A stretch of DNA of 14,737 bases from a virus. The stretch lies in IMG/VR virus record IMGVR_UViG_3300045988_176354, one strand, 5' to 3'. Positions 5,067-13,634 of the stretch are shown one piece after another (position 1 is the stretch's first letter; every line of letters begins with the position of its first letter). The position numbers and the translations under genes were made by a program. A model generated the notes under the pieces. The model saw nothing but the letters and a program-made list of their open reading frames with translations, was not told where the DNA came from and did not search any database.

Positions 5067-5977
5067 TGCAAGCCGCGCCTTATATGTATGATTATATCAA
5101 TGCAGAGGTAAGCCAGCACAGCCCCAGTACAGTACACACTAAAAACACAGAGCTGCAACGCTTTTTTGCCCGCTACCTGCTGCAAAAGGCAATGTCTGTA
5201 TTTAAGTGGGACTTGCCCGAAACGTGGGACAGGGACTACTTTTTGTATGTGCTGTACGGCATCGGCTATATTGCGGTACTCAATACCGACAAGTACGGAG
5301 TTATCCCGCAGCAATGCGGGCTTGACGGCTACAACATCTTTTACCAGCCAAAACGCGCACTTATCACAAATCCCTTGCTTAAGGGCTTGCGCAGTTTGGA
5401 TATTGGCACGCAGTGCACGCTTATCAAGCTGCAACCCGATTATGGCAGCGTAATGGATTTGGTGGGATTTTATGCCGATATGATGGCCTTAACAGCCGAA
5501 ACAGCCGGAGTAAACCTTGTAAACAGCCGGTTGTCCTATGTGTTTTTCGGTAAAAATAAAAATACCGCTGAAAGTCAAAAGAAGCTGTTTGACCGTGTGG
5601 CAAGCGGCGAACCTGCAACATTTGTTGATACTGCGCTTTATGATGTCCAGAGCGGCAACCCCTCTTGGATACCGTTCCAACAGAATGTTGGTCAAAACTA
5701 TATTGCCGGTGATGCATTGGCAGACCTTCGCAAATGGGAAATGATGTTTGATACTGATGTCGGCATCCCAAACGCAAACACCGACAAAAAAGAACGTCTT
5801 ATCAGCGATGAAGTAAACGCAAACAACGTGGAAGTAACCAGCAAAGCAGACTTGTGGCTTGACCAACTGCAAAAGAGTTTTGCGCAAACTAGCAAAATGT
5901 TTGGCATTAAACTCGGTGTTGAATGGCGGAACAAACCGCAGTTAAGCGCAGGAAGTGAGGGCGGCAAAGATGAGTAG
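5066..5977 (+). CDS. Head-tail connector / portal (upper collar, phi29 gp10-like)
   Basis: 303 aa, against 309 aa for phi29 gp10. NANTDKKERLISDEVNANNVEV matches the gp10 segment [22 protein letters not shown] recalled from memory. The start overlaps the upstream stop (TAATG), and AGGAGG lies upstream. Confidence 0.8.
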   Translation: MQAAPYMYDYINAEVSQHSPSTVHTKNTELQRFFARYLLQKAMSVFKWDLPETWDRDYFLYVLYGIGYIAVLNTDKYGVIPQQCGLDGYNIFYQPKRALITNPLLKGLRSLDIGTQCTLIKLQPDYGSVMDLVGFYADMMALTAETAGVNLVNSRLSYVFFGKNKNTAESQKKLFDRVASGEPATFVDTALYDVQSGNPSWIPFQQNVGQNYIAGDALADLRKWEMMFDTDVGIPNANTDKKERLISDEVNANNVEVTSKADLWLDQLQKSFAQTSKMFGIKLGVEWRNKPQLSAGSEGGKDE

Positions 5978-6581
5978 AGCGACCTTATCACTGTTAGGGC
6001 TGTACCAGTATGACAACACAATTTTTGATGAGCTTGTGTTGCCGGATGGCATGGATAAACAGCTATACATTAACAACCTGCTGATGGAGACCGCAGAACT
6101 TGAGGTGCTATTTTCAAACCCCGTGACTATGCGATCTGTCATTGGCATTTGGTCAAGCGCACATCTGGACAGTTGGTCAAAAATGTGGAATACAACCAAA
6201 CTAGAATACAACCCCATTGAAAACTATGACCGGCAAGAGGACTGGACAGACAACAACAAAACTAACAGCAAGGTACAAAGCACTGATAAGGGTATTGGCA
6301 AAAATCACAGTACCGATATTAGCAAGGCAGCAGGATTTGACAGCGGAAACCTTGTTACTAGTGGACAAAATGACAACGACAGCACTAACGAGAGTACACA
6401 GACGGGTAATAGTGAGGGGAACAGCAACGAAGAGTTAAAACACACAGGGCGCGTACATGGCAATATCGGCGTGACCACATCCCAGCAGATGATTGAAGAA
6501 GAACGCAGGGTTGCCGATTGGAACATGTACGACTATCTGATTGATAAGTTCAAACAGCAATTTTTGCTGCTTGTATATTAA
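5970..6581 (+). CDS. Putative lower collar / head-tail adaptor protein
   Basis: It follows the connector gene as phi29 gp11 does. The ATG at 5970 comes after AGTGAGGG and overlaps the connector stop by 8 nt; the ORF track starts earlier, at 5955. The middle is low complexity and rich in Asn/Ser/Thr. The assignment is by synteny only. Confidence 0.45.
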   Translation: MSRATLSLLGLYQYDNTIFDELVLPDGMDKQLYINNLLMETAELEVLFSNPVTMRSVIGIWSSAHLDSWSKMWNTTKLEYNPIENYDRQEDWTDNNKTNSKVQSTDKGIGKNHSTDISKAAGFDSGNLVTSGQNDNDSTNESTQTGNSEGNSNEELKHTGRVHGNIGVTTSQQMIEEERRVADWNMYDYLIDKFKQQFLLLVY

Positions 6582-6593
6582 GGGGGTTTTTGC

Positions 6594-7220
6594 ATGTTTA
6601 ACACAAGATGGCCTTATACCGATTTTCACAATCTCAATCTGGACTGGATTTTGGAGACTCTAAAAAAGCAGAATGCAGCTATTGCGGATTTTATTTCGCT
6701 CAATAGCATTACTTACGCAAATCCGCTGCAATGGGATATTACCCGGCAGTATCCCAAAAATCAGGTTGTGCTTGATACCAACGGGGACGGCTATTTGAGC
6801 GTGCAGCCGGTGCCTGTAGGCGTTGAGATTGAAAACGAAAACTACTGGACAAAGATTGGTAATTTTTCCGAATTGTGGGCAAGTGTTAAACTTGCTATAA
6901 CGCCCGTTGATGAAAAATTGAAAACTACTGCAAGCGCTAACCGTAACATTAACGACCTTGTTTGGCTTGATAATGATTTATATGTAATTCTCAAGCCTAT
7001 GGATGCCGGTACACGTTACATTGAAGGTAACAACTGCGCTAAAACTAGCATTGCCGAACGTTTACACTATATTCTTTCGTTGAAAGTTGCCAAATACAAT
7101 GCAGATGATACTTCAATTTCTTTCGGTTTTTTCAATCCTAATAATGGCACCGTGGTTACTGGGGGTGATATTCACATTTATGATGCACCCGTGGAAACTA
7201 TTAAAATTGTTGGCAAATAA
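6594..7220 (+). CDS. Putative tail appendage / fibre-associated structural protein
   Basis: 208-aa ORF with an AAGGGGG RBS in the tail module. The N-terminal segment TDFHNLNLDWILETL resembles N-termini of Firmicutes phage fibre or tail proteins as I recall them. There is no catalytic motif. Confidence 0.4.
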   Translation: MFNTRWPYTDFHNLNLDWILETLKKQNAAIADFISLNSITYANPLQWDITRQYPKNQVVLDTNGDGYLSVQPVPVGVEIENENYWTKIGNFSELWASVKLAITPVDEKLKTTASANRNINDLVWLDNDLYVILKPMDAGTRYIEGNNCAKTSIAERLHYILSLKVAKYNADDTSISFGFFNPNNGTVVTGGDIHIYDAPVETIKIVGK

Positions 7221-7234
7221 GGATAGGTGATATT

Positions 7235-7450
7235 ATGCCAAGTAATTATGTATCTAAGATTACCCTTAATGACCAAGAAGTGATTGTAAAAGATAGTGAA
7301 GCGCGTACAGCTGCTACCACGGCAAGCGCTAATGCTACTAATGCTCTTAACAAAGTCACTGAATTGGAAAAGCTCTCACGTGTGGAAGTTGCATATACCG
7401 CGGATACTGAAACAATTAGTATTACTGCTGGAAACCATAATGTTAATTAA
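7235..7450 (+). CDS. Short fibre protein (71 aa), paralogue of the 137-aa fibre protein
   Basis: The N-terminus (KITLNDQEVIVKDSEAR) and C-terminus (ALNKVTELEKLSRVEVAYTADTETISIT) align with the next gene. It has three Ala-heptads in between. Confidence 0.65.
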   Translation: MPSNYVSKITLNDQEVIVKDSEARTAATTASANATNALNKVTELEKLSRVEVAYTADTETISITAGNHNVN

Positions 7451-7462
7451 AGGAGAAAAAAC

Positions 7463-7876
7463 ATGGCTGAAACTACTAATTTTGTAACGCAAATCAATAT
7501 TGATGGCACTATCTGCGAAATTAAAGACTCTGTAGCACGTACTGATGCAGCTAGTGCTAAGTCTACAGCTAACACTGCTAAGTCTACTGCTGATGCTGCT
7601 AAGTCTACTGCTGATACTGCATCCACTAATGCAACTAATGCTGTTAATAAAGCTAATAGTGCTACCACTACTGCCAACACTGCTAAGACTACTGCTGATG
7701 CTGCTGCAAAAAATGCAAGTGATGCTAAAAATACTGCTAATACTGCATCTACTAATGCAACTAATGCACTTAATAAAGCCACGAAACTTGAAAAACTTCC
7801 GCGTGTTACTGTAACTTATAGTGCTGCGGATACCACTATTAAAGTTGTTACCACTAATACACACGCGACAGCGTGA
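7463..7876 (+). CDS. Fibre protein with a 12-heptad alanine coiled-coil stalk (137 aa)
   Basis: AAGGAG RBS. N-terminus TQINIDGTICEIKDSVAR. Twelve consecutive AxxxAxx heptads. The C-terminus ALNKATKLEKLPRVTVTYSAADTTIKVV is homologous to the 71-aa protein. Confidence 0.7.
   Translation: MAETTNFVTQINIDGTICEIKDSVARTDAASAKSTANTAKSTADAAKSTADTASTNATNAVNKANSATTTANTAKTTADAAAKNASDAKNTANTASTNATNALNKATKLEKLPRVTVTYSAADTTIKVVTTNTHATA
7535..7786 (+). repeat. 21-bp periodic coding repeat (Ala at heptad positions 1 and 5, 12 units)
   Basis: The units are ARTDAAS, AKSTANT, AKSTADA, AKSTADT, ASTNATN, AVNKANS, ATTTANT, AKTTADA, AAKNASD, AKNTANT, ASTNATN and ALNKATK. The DNA units GCTAAGTCTAC(A/T)GCT... are visibly reiterated. 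The repeat generates spurious ORFs in other frames and on the other strand. Confidence 0.85.
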
Positions 7877-7898
7877 TATACAGAAAGGGTGGATTAAA

Positions 7899-9914
7899 AT
7901 GGCGAATCCTATTGTTGATAAATTTAAAATTGATAATACAATTTATGATGTGCAAGACACCAAAGCACGTGATGATGTAGCTAAGAAGATTGACAAGAGC
8001 ACCACAGGAGACCTTGCACAGACGGTCGGCGGGGACTATAACCAGACTGTTGGCGGAACCATGATATTAAATTCCGCCGGCTCTTTCGGAATCCGTCAAA
8101 ACAATACGCCGGTACTAACAGCAACAAACTTTGCGCTTACAATCGGCACGAGCGCAAAAAACATCCCTCTGGATATATACGCGAACCCTAACTTTAAGAC
8201 TCTGCGGGTATCTAATATTGACGACAATTACGCCAATGTAGATATTAACGTAAATAATAGCACAACGCATTTCTTGGTAAGCCGTACCGGCAAAATTCCC
8301 GGCAGTATCAAGCCCTCTCCGCGTAGCATCGAAGAATTTCAGGAACTGAAAAAAGATGGCACCGATGATATTACCGCAACCCTGAACACATACACCAAAC
8401 AATTCCCGCTATTTATTCCGGTCGGTATCTACAAGATTAGCGCACCGGTGCAGCTCAAGCATAGCTTGTATGGTGCAAGCGCGTCTCGCGACCCTGCACG
8501 CGGCAGCAGTGACACGATTCTGCAGTATACCGGCAATCCGACAGCGTTTGGCAGCCTTGGCGTTTTGACTGTATCCGGCAATGATGTAGACGGCAATGTT
8601 GTCATTGCAAATTTGGATATTATTTGCAATGGCATGATTGGCGGCATCGTGTTTACGACAAATGTATACACCGATAATTATATTTACAATGTAAGTATTA
8701 GCGGTGTAAAATCCTATGGCGTGTATTTGCAACCTACTGCCAGCACGTTAAACCGATACTGCTATATGGATAACATTTCGGTATGGGGATTCAGTGACGT
8801 TCACCCAACAGAGCGTGTGACCGGTAACACGGCTTTCTACTGGGGCGACCGCGCTCCCGATTGCATTTGCAACAACCTGCTTGCAATGGTGTGCCAGACC
8901 GGATTTGACTGTCGGACTAACGTGATTGGCTGCAACTGGATTACTTACAACGGTATCCCGTCCGGCGGCACCGGCGGAGCTGATGCAAATGCGTGGTGGG
9001 AAAACACCATCGGCCTAAAAGTCACTAACAACGATGTACACATTACTAACCTGTATCTTGATACTTGCCGCCATGGCATTGTATTTGATGGGCCGGGCAA
9101 GGCTGCCGCATACATTAACAACCTGATTTACACGGTTAATGACAGCACGGCAACCACCGGAGAGGGCAACGCAGCAATTGCGCTTATTGGCACAAGCCCT
9201 AGTCCGCAGTTGACGGTTGACGGCGGTGTAATTAACCGCAGCGCAAAAGTATCTACCACTGTGCAATCGATTGGCCAGTATCCCGTTACTGCCATGGTGT
9301 GCAAGATTAACAACGCGTACATCTACACTAAGCGCGAGTATATTTTTAGCGGTAACAACCAGTATATTTGCAAGGCGGGAGAGCATCGGTGTATTGACTT
9401 TGCAATCACAGACCAGACCCAGTACACCGTTGCGGGGCAGTCGGAGACCGGAGACCCTTACCAGTATAAGGCATTTGCGTATATCCCGGTGCCGTCCGAA
9501 AATAACACTACTCAAGGCAGAATCCGCCTGTGCGATAAGGACAACATGGATTATACAATCTTTGTGACCAAAAACCAGACGAGTAATGCACTTGACATTA
9601 GCGCATTTGACAATCGCGCACTTAATCAGTCGATTTTTAATGCATCCGCAGGTACAAGCAAGACAGTTACTTGGGATATTATCGATAACGCAGACAAGTT
9701 ATACTATGCCGTGGATGCTAACACAATTATCCTGTACTGCAAGCGACACGCTTCTACTACTTACACTGTGCATCTTTCCGGTTTTCAGCCCGGAAACTCT
9801 CCTGTGATGCTTGACCGCATCCGCAATATGGACGGCACGCCAATGGACTTCCCGCGGTGGGACAATCACAACGGCATGACTGCAATCAAGGTTTTGCGGC
9901 CTAACATCTCTTAA
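7899..9914 (+). CDS. Tailspike / pre-neck appendage-like protein with a probable right-handed beta-helix (pectate-lyase-type) domain
   Basis: The ATG at 7899 follows AAAGGGTGGA; the ORF track starts upstream at 7821 inside the previous gene. Its N-terminus shares the fibre motif (KFKIDNTIYDVQDTKAR). The segment DDITATLNTYTKQFPLFIPVGIYKISAPVQL, followed by repetitive N/G/V/I-rich rungs, resembles phi29 gp12-type depolymerase spikes. Confidence 0.65.
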   Translation: MANPIVDKFKIDNTIYDVQDTKARDDVAKKIDKSTTGDLAQTVGGDYNQTVGGTMILNSAGSFGIRQNNTPVLTATNFALTIGTSAKNIPLDIYANPNFKTLRVSNIDDNYANVDINVNNSTTHFLVSRTGKIPGSIKPSPRSIEEFQELKKDGTDDITATLNTYTKQFPLFIPVGIYKISAPVQLKHSLYGASASRDPARGSSDTILQYTGNPTAFGSLGVLTVSGNDVDGNVVIANLDIICNGMIGGIVFTTNVYTDNYIYNVSISGVKSYGVYLQPTASTLNRYCYMDNISVWGFSDVHPTERVTGNTAFYWGDRAPDCICNNLLAMVCQTGFDCRTNVIGCNWITYNGIPSGGTGGADANAWWENTIGLKVTNNDVHITNLYLDTCRHGIVFDGPGKAAAYINNLIYTVNDSTATTGEGNAAIALIGTSPSPQLTVDGGVINRSAKVSTTVQSIGQYPVTAMVCKINNAYIYTKREYIFSGNNQYICKAGEHRCIDFAITDQTQYTVAGQSETGDPYQYKAFAYIPVPSENNTTQGRIRLCDKDNMDYTIFVTKNQTSNALDISAFDNRALNQSIFNASAGTSKTVTWDIIDNADKLYYAVDANTIILYCKRHASTTYTVHLSGFQPGNSPVMLDRIRNMDGTPMDFPRWDNHNGMTAIKVLRPNIS

Positions 9915-9918
9915 CAGC

Positions 9919-9953
9919 AACAGCCCCTGCCAATACGGCAGGGGCTGTTTTTT
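9919..9953. terminator. Convergent (bidirectional) intrinsic terminator between the late operon and the right-arm operon
   Basis: AACAGCCCCTGCC (9919-9931) pairs with GGCAGGGGCTGTT (9937-9949) around a 5-nt loop, followed by TTTT (9950-9953). It overlaps the ATPase stop codon. The U-tract is weaker on the - strand. Confidence 0.8.
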
Positions 9954-11016
9954 ATGATTTTCGGCTTGAGATTTTTGCGCCCTCTCGGAAATACTTATCT
10001 AGTAATACTTCGCAAATTGGCGACTCAAATAAAACAATGTCGGTATAATAGTACGCAAGGCGAAACCATGCAAAGTGGGCGTTAAACATCTGTATGCCGC
10101 GTTCTGTGCTTTCATATACAGGGCAATTTCCAGATTTGTGGGTTGTGACATAATATTTTTCTTTCGATTTATGCTTATATATTTCGAGTTCGCCCATAAC
10201 ACATATGGGTTTATACTCAATAATGTTTTGGGGCTTTATCTGGCTGTATTCCTGCCTAAAATCGTTATTGAGCGCCATAGCACTGTATAACTTATCTTTA
10301 GTAAGCCGGTACAATGCGGTATTGGCTTTTTGCACCGAGATTGGAGAGTGTTGCAGCATCACAAGAGTAATACCGCGCTCCGTGTCTTGCCACATTTCCG
10401 TTTTAGTATCAATCATTTTTTGAGCACGCGAAACAAGCCCCATATCCAAAAACAGCGGGTTTGCAATATCGTTTGCGTTGGCGAGACACAGCATTTTAAG
10501 GGGCGGTTCGCCTTTTAACTCTCTGTTACGGTTAATTGTTTCATATGCGTTATAAAATGCAGCAGCTTCATTTTTTAGCGGACGTTCGTGTTTTTCGGGT
10601 ATAAATTCATCATATATACAAATTTTACAATCCTCTGCGCTAAAACCGCGCATGTTGGAGATTGTAGATAATGCGCAGGTGTAACCATACGGCAGGCCGC
10701 CGGTGTATTTGCCATCGTCATCGACATCATAAAATGCGCTACTACCCTTGGATATCGGAAAAGGTTTGATGTTCAAACCCATATCTTCACAGACCGGCTT
10801 GATGGGGCTGAACTCTGGTTTATTAACTAAGTCAATGGCGGTTTGCGTTCGGCGCATGAGCATAAATGTTATACGATGCTCAAGTACATATTTTAATGCG
10901 CCATATGTTTTACCGGTGCCGCGTCCGCCTACAATCATAATATAAGGCGTTTTTAAGCCCATAATATAATCCATGTTCAAATATCCCGATTCTAAGTATA
11001 GCTTGTTCTTTTTCAT
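9952..11016 (-). CDS. DNA encapsidation (packaging) ATPase, phi29 gp16-like
   Basis: Walker A GGRGTGKTY (phi29: GARGIGKSY), MLMRRTQ (phi29: IYVRRYK) and Walker B ICIYDEFIPEK (phi29: IVFDEFIREK). INRNRE...LCLANANDIANPLF corresponds to phi29 VFRNRE...CLSNAVSVVNPYF. All phi29 segments are from memory. 354 aa. Confidence 0.85.
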   Translation of the reverse strand: MKKNKLYLESGYLNMDYIMGLKTPYIMIVGGRGTGKTYGALKYVLEHRITFMLMRRTQTAIDLVNKPEFSPIKPVCEDMGLNIKPFPISKGSSAFYDVDDDGKYTGGLPYGYTCALSTISNMRGFSAEDCKICIYDEFIPEKHERPLKNEAAAFYNAYETINRNRELKGEPPLKMLCLANANDIANPLFLDMGLVSRAQKMIDTKTEMWQDTERGITLVMLQHSPISVQKANTALYRLTKDKLYSAMALNNDFRQEYSQIKPQNIIEYKPICVMGELEIYKHKSKEKYYVTTHKSGNCPVYESTERGIQMFNAHFAWFRLAYYYTDIVLFESPICEVLLDKYFREGAKISSRKS

Positions 11017-11040
11017 CTTTTACTCACTTTCGTATATTTC

Positions 11041-11074
11041 AAAAGGGCGGCGGTTTTCAAGCCGCCGCCCTTTT
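11041..11074. terminator. Strong GC-rich hairpin terminator between the SSB-like gene and the ATPase gene
   Basis: AAAA, then GGGCGGCGG (11045-11053), an 8-nt loop, CCGCCGCCC (11062-11070), then TTTT. The symmetric flanks give a U-tract on either strand. On the - strand it lies 5' of the ATPase RBS (AAAGTGAG). Confidence 0.75.
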
Positions 11075-11107
11075 GTTGGGGAGGAATTATGTCAAGAATG
11101 GAAATGG

Positions 11108-11458
11108 TTAGTTCATCTTGCAGCCGATATAATGTCTGCCGTTTTTGCTTTCGCCACCGATGACTTCAATGTCAATAGTGGCAAGGTCTGCGCCGTACTG
11201 GTTGGCAACATCAACGATAGCATCAAAGTCGCGTTTGAACGTGCTGGAAATGGTGCTGAACGTGTCGCCTTCGCTGGTAAGCACTGCAAGCACTTCCTGC
11301 TCATCGCCCTTGGCGTTGACATCTTCATACAGGGCATACGCTTCAATATTGAAAGTCGCGCCTTCAAGCGTTTTCATCGGGCGGGAATCGGGGTTGCGGG
11401 TCAGGCTATAAGCCTGCTTCATGGTCAGGTTTTCGGGGAAGCTCTTAATGATTTTCAT
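11108..11458 (-). CDS. Hypothetical early protein, SSB-sized (possible single-stranded DNA-binding protein)
   Basis: 116-aa ORF with an AAGGAG RBS, directly downstream of the polymerase gene in the replication arm. Its size and position are comparable to phi29 gp5. I recognised no definitive motif. Confidence 0.35.
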   Translation of the reverse strand: MKIIKSFPENLTMKQAYSLTRNPDSRPMKTLEGATFNIEAYALYEDVNAKGDEQEVLAVLTSEGDTFSTISSTFKRDFDAIVDVANQYGADLATIDIEVIGGESKNGRHYIGCKMN

Positions 11459-11537
11459 AATTGTTTACTCCTTTTCGTGTGTTTGTGTTTTGTAGCTTCC
11501 TGCTACAATTAAATGATACTGCTTATTTTACCAAATG

Positions 11538-13634
11538 TCAATATCCATTTTCAAAATATTCTTCAAGCCTGCCAATGCCTTTTCGGGTATAGTCACAACG
11601 CAAAAGCAAGTCCATGTATTCCGAAGTAATTCCAAGCTTGTATGTGCTTTCTCGGATAACGACATTTGATGTAATTGGCAATGTATGACCGTCTATTGTA
11701 ATGCTGTCTATCTCTGGACTATCGTTATATACGGATTCTGTACCGCCAGCATCCCGGAAAATAAAACCGGGCTTAAATGCATCAATACCGCCATTGCGTT
11801 CCAACTCTTTTGCGCCCTCTTTTTTGTTTACACCGGCGATTGTGCAGCACAATGGGCTTTCTGGCATTTCGCGGTAACAATATTTTTTCGCGCCCAGTGT
11901 TGCAAATTCGCACATATCATGTTCAGGTTCAAATACGCCCATATAATGCATTTTGCCGGATGGGTCAGCAGCATAAGCGCCTGATGCTTTACTATCTTTG
12001 ATTCTGGCTTTATTGTACTTCGTCCAGTCAATGTCGCCTAGATACTTGACAGAATCAGTATCACAATAAACAAAGCCATCCCCTGCAAGCTCTATGCCCT
12101 CTTCAAGACGATATCGCGCATTGGCAGTAACCCAAACACCCCACTGATAGCACAGAAAGGCGTTGCGCAGATTCTGCGACAATATTTTTTCAAGCGGCGT
12201 TTTTTCATCAATTTCAAATTCCTCTTCAGGTGTGTATAATATGGAGCGTTTGCCGGGGTCTTGTGCCATCATGCCATATATACTATTGAGCTTGTTTTTA
12301 CTTTTCATGTAATACAACTCTTGACCGGGTACATTCTTCAAACTGGTTTTTGCGCGGTAATAATCTATTGCACATTCGATTAGTTCGCGGGGCAATTTGG
12401 CGTAAGTCGATTGCCAACAATCAAACGCTCTAAAACCGCTAAACTTGTACTCTTTAAGGATTATGGCAAGGTCAACATCTGTCACGGTTGTTTCGAGATA
12501 TTTCGCGCTTAATATTCGCCCGTTGTCGCGGTCTGGGTCAATAACATTCCGGCTCTTATCAATCGTAAGATACGGGCAACCCCAGCAAGGGTTGATTAAC
12601 TCAACGTCTGTTAATGCGATACGCATTATTAGCGCTTTGCGGTGCTGGTTTAGTTTCCGCTTGAGACCATCAAGTGTTATTTCGCCAATAGGTTCAAATG
12701 CCCGCATTGGGTACAGACAATTACATAGCACATCCGGGTAACTGCTGCTGCGGTCTGCGCTCTGGATTTTACCGCGCAGCACTTGACCGGTATAATAGCG
12801 GTTGGCGTGAGTGTTGCCGCCGCGAAACGCTTCGCGCAACATTGTGTATAATTCTGCATCGGGCTGGATTGCACCGAGACGTTCCATTCCCGCGCGCTTC
12901 ATCGCGGCGCGTGCATCGCGGCGCACATAGCCAGTTGAGGTCAAAGGGATTGTGTAGAGGTTGTCATTGTCGTGGTGCATCTCAATGGTGAGGGCTTCAC
13001 ACAGGCCTAGCACATCATTTACACAATATTCCAATTCATCATCAGACAAGACCGTCCATGGATAGCGGGGTTTATTGTAGTCAAATTTTACGCCAGATAG
13101 TTTGCCGTGGGCAACGCCCATTTTGTGGGTATATGCATCTAGAGACATATTAGAGTGTAGGTAACTACACCTAAACTCAAAAAAATTATTGTACATTGTG
13201 CATTTTAGCACTTTCCGGCAGTCAACGGCAAAAATCTCATCATTTGTAAAATGATAGATACCCCGCAAAAATTGAAACTCATATGACAGATTATGAACAT
13301 ATACACATAGCTGCAAATGATAATCTTCTTGAGATTGTTCTCGCATGCAGGCTTCGAGACTGGCACAAAATGCTTCAAATTCTTCCCATGTTCTGCCAAC
13401 GACAGTAAGATTTATAGGTTCTGCAAAATGCCATTGCCAAATATACATCACAGCTTGTTCTATCGACTTAATTCGGGTTGTTTCAATGTCAAACGCTGTC
13501 ACAATATCAAGAAATTTTGTCTTTTTGGTTTTCGTTATTTTCCTGTCCAGCACTGGCAGCGCGGAGAATTTCTCAAGAGGAAAATCAACCACCGAACAAA
13601 CGGCTTGCCCATTCTTCAAGGTCTTTACTTTCAA
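11538..13634 (-). CDS. Protein-primed family-B DNA polymerase
   Basis: Exo I FDIETT, Exo II HNLSYEFQF, Exo III YCVNDV, motif A DRSSSYP, motif B KNKLNSIYGMM, motif C YCDTDS, and KxY GAKKYCY. The apparent TTG start at 13634 follows AAGGTGA. 698 aa. Confidence 0.9.
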   Translation of the reverse strand: MKVKTLKNGQAVCSVVDFPLEKFSALPVLDRKITKTKKTKFLDIVTAFDIETTRIKSIEQAVMYIWQWHFAEPINLTVVGRTWEEFEAFCASLEACMREQSQEDYHLQLCVYVHNLSYEFQFLRGIYHFTNDEIFAVDCRKVLKCTMYNNFFEFRCSYLHSNMSLDAYTHKMGVAHGKLSGVKFDYNKPRYPWTVLSDDELEYCVNDVLGLCEALTIEMHHDNDNLYTIPLTSTGYVRRDARAAMKRAGMERLGAIQPDAELYTMLREAFRGGNTHANRYYTGQVLRGKIQSADRSSSYPDVLCNCLYPMRAFEPIGEITLDGLKRKLNQHRKALIMRIALTDVELINPCWGCPYLTIDKSRNVIDPDRDNGRILSAKYLETTVTDVDLAIILKEYKFSGFRAFDCWQSTYAKLPRELIECAIDYYRAKTSLKNVPGQELYYMKSKNKLNSIYGMMAQDPGKRSILYTPEEEFEIDEKTPLEKILSQNLRNAFLCYQWGVWVTANARYRLEEGIELAGDGFVYCDTDSVKYLGDIDWTKYNKARIKDSKASGAYAADPSGKMHYMGVFEPEHDMCEFATLGAKKYCYREMPESPLCCTIAGVNKKEGAKELERNGGIDAFKPGFIFRDAGGTESVYNDSPEIDSITIDGHTLPITSNVVIRESTYKLGITSEYMDLLLRCDYTRKGIGRLEEYFENGY

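Noticed and set aside
4904-5434. 176-aa - strand ORF overlapping the M23 and connector genes (similarly 2406-2897 -, 1956-2375 -, 9015-9515 -)
   Set aside because: These are antisense shadows within genes that have strong motif-based assignments. They lack translation signals.
7376-7864. ORFs 7376-7864 -, 7447-7782 - and 7545-7814 +, rich in Ser/Ile/Leu/Ala
   Set aside because: They are alternative-frame and antisense readings of the 21-bp heptad repeat. The + frame starting at 7463 has an RBS and flanking homology to the neighbouring paralogue.
7821-7898. Upstream extension of the tailspike ORF (MLRIPLLKLLPLIHTRQRDIQKGWIK)
   Set aside because: It overlaps the end of the 137-aa fibre gene and has no RBS. 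The ATG at 7899 follows AAAGGGTGGA and begins the conserved N-terminal fibre motif.
11490-11508. Hairpin TTGTAGC-ttcct-GCTACAA between the polymerase and SSB-like genes as a terminator or second ncRNA
   Set aside because: The stem is 7 bp and AT-rich, and no U-tract follows it on the transcribed (-) strand. I could find no convincing promoter nearby. It may be an mRNA processing or stability element, but the evidence is too weak to call.
10973-11512. 179-aa + strand ORF overlapping the SSB-like gene and the GC hairpin
   Set aside because: It is antisense to an RBS-supported gene and runs through a terminator hairpin. It has no RBS. The whole right arm is otherwise transcribed leftward.
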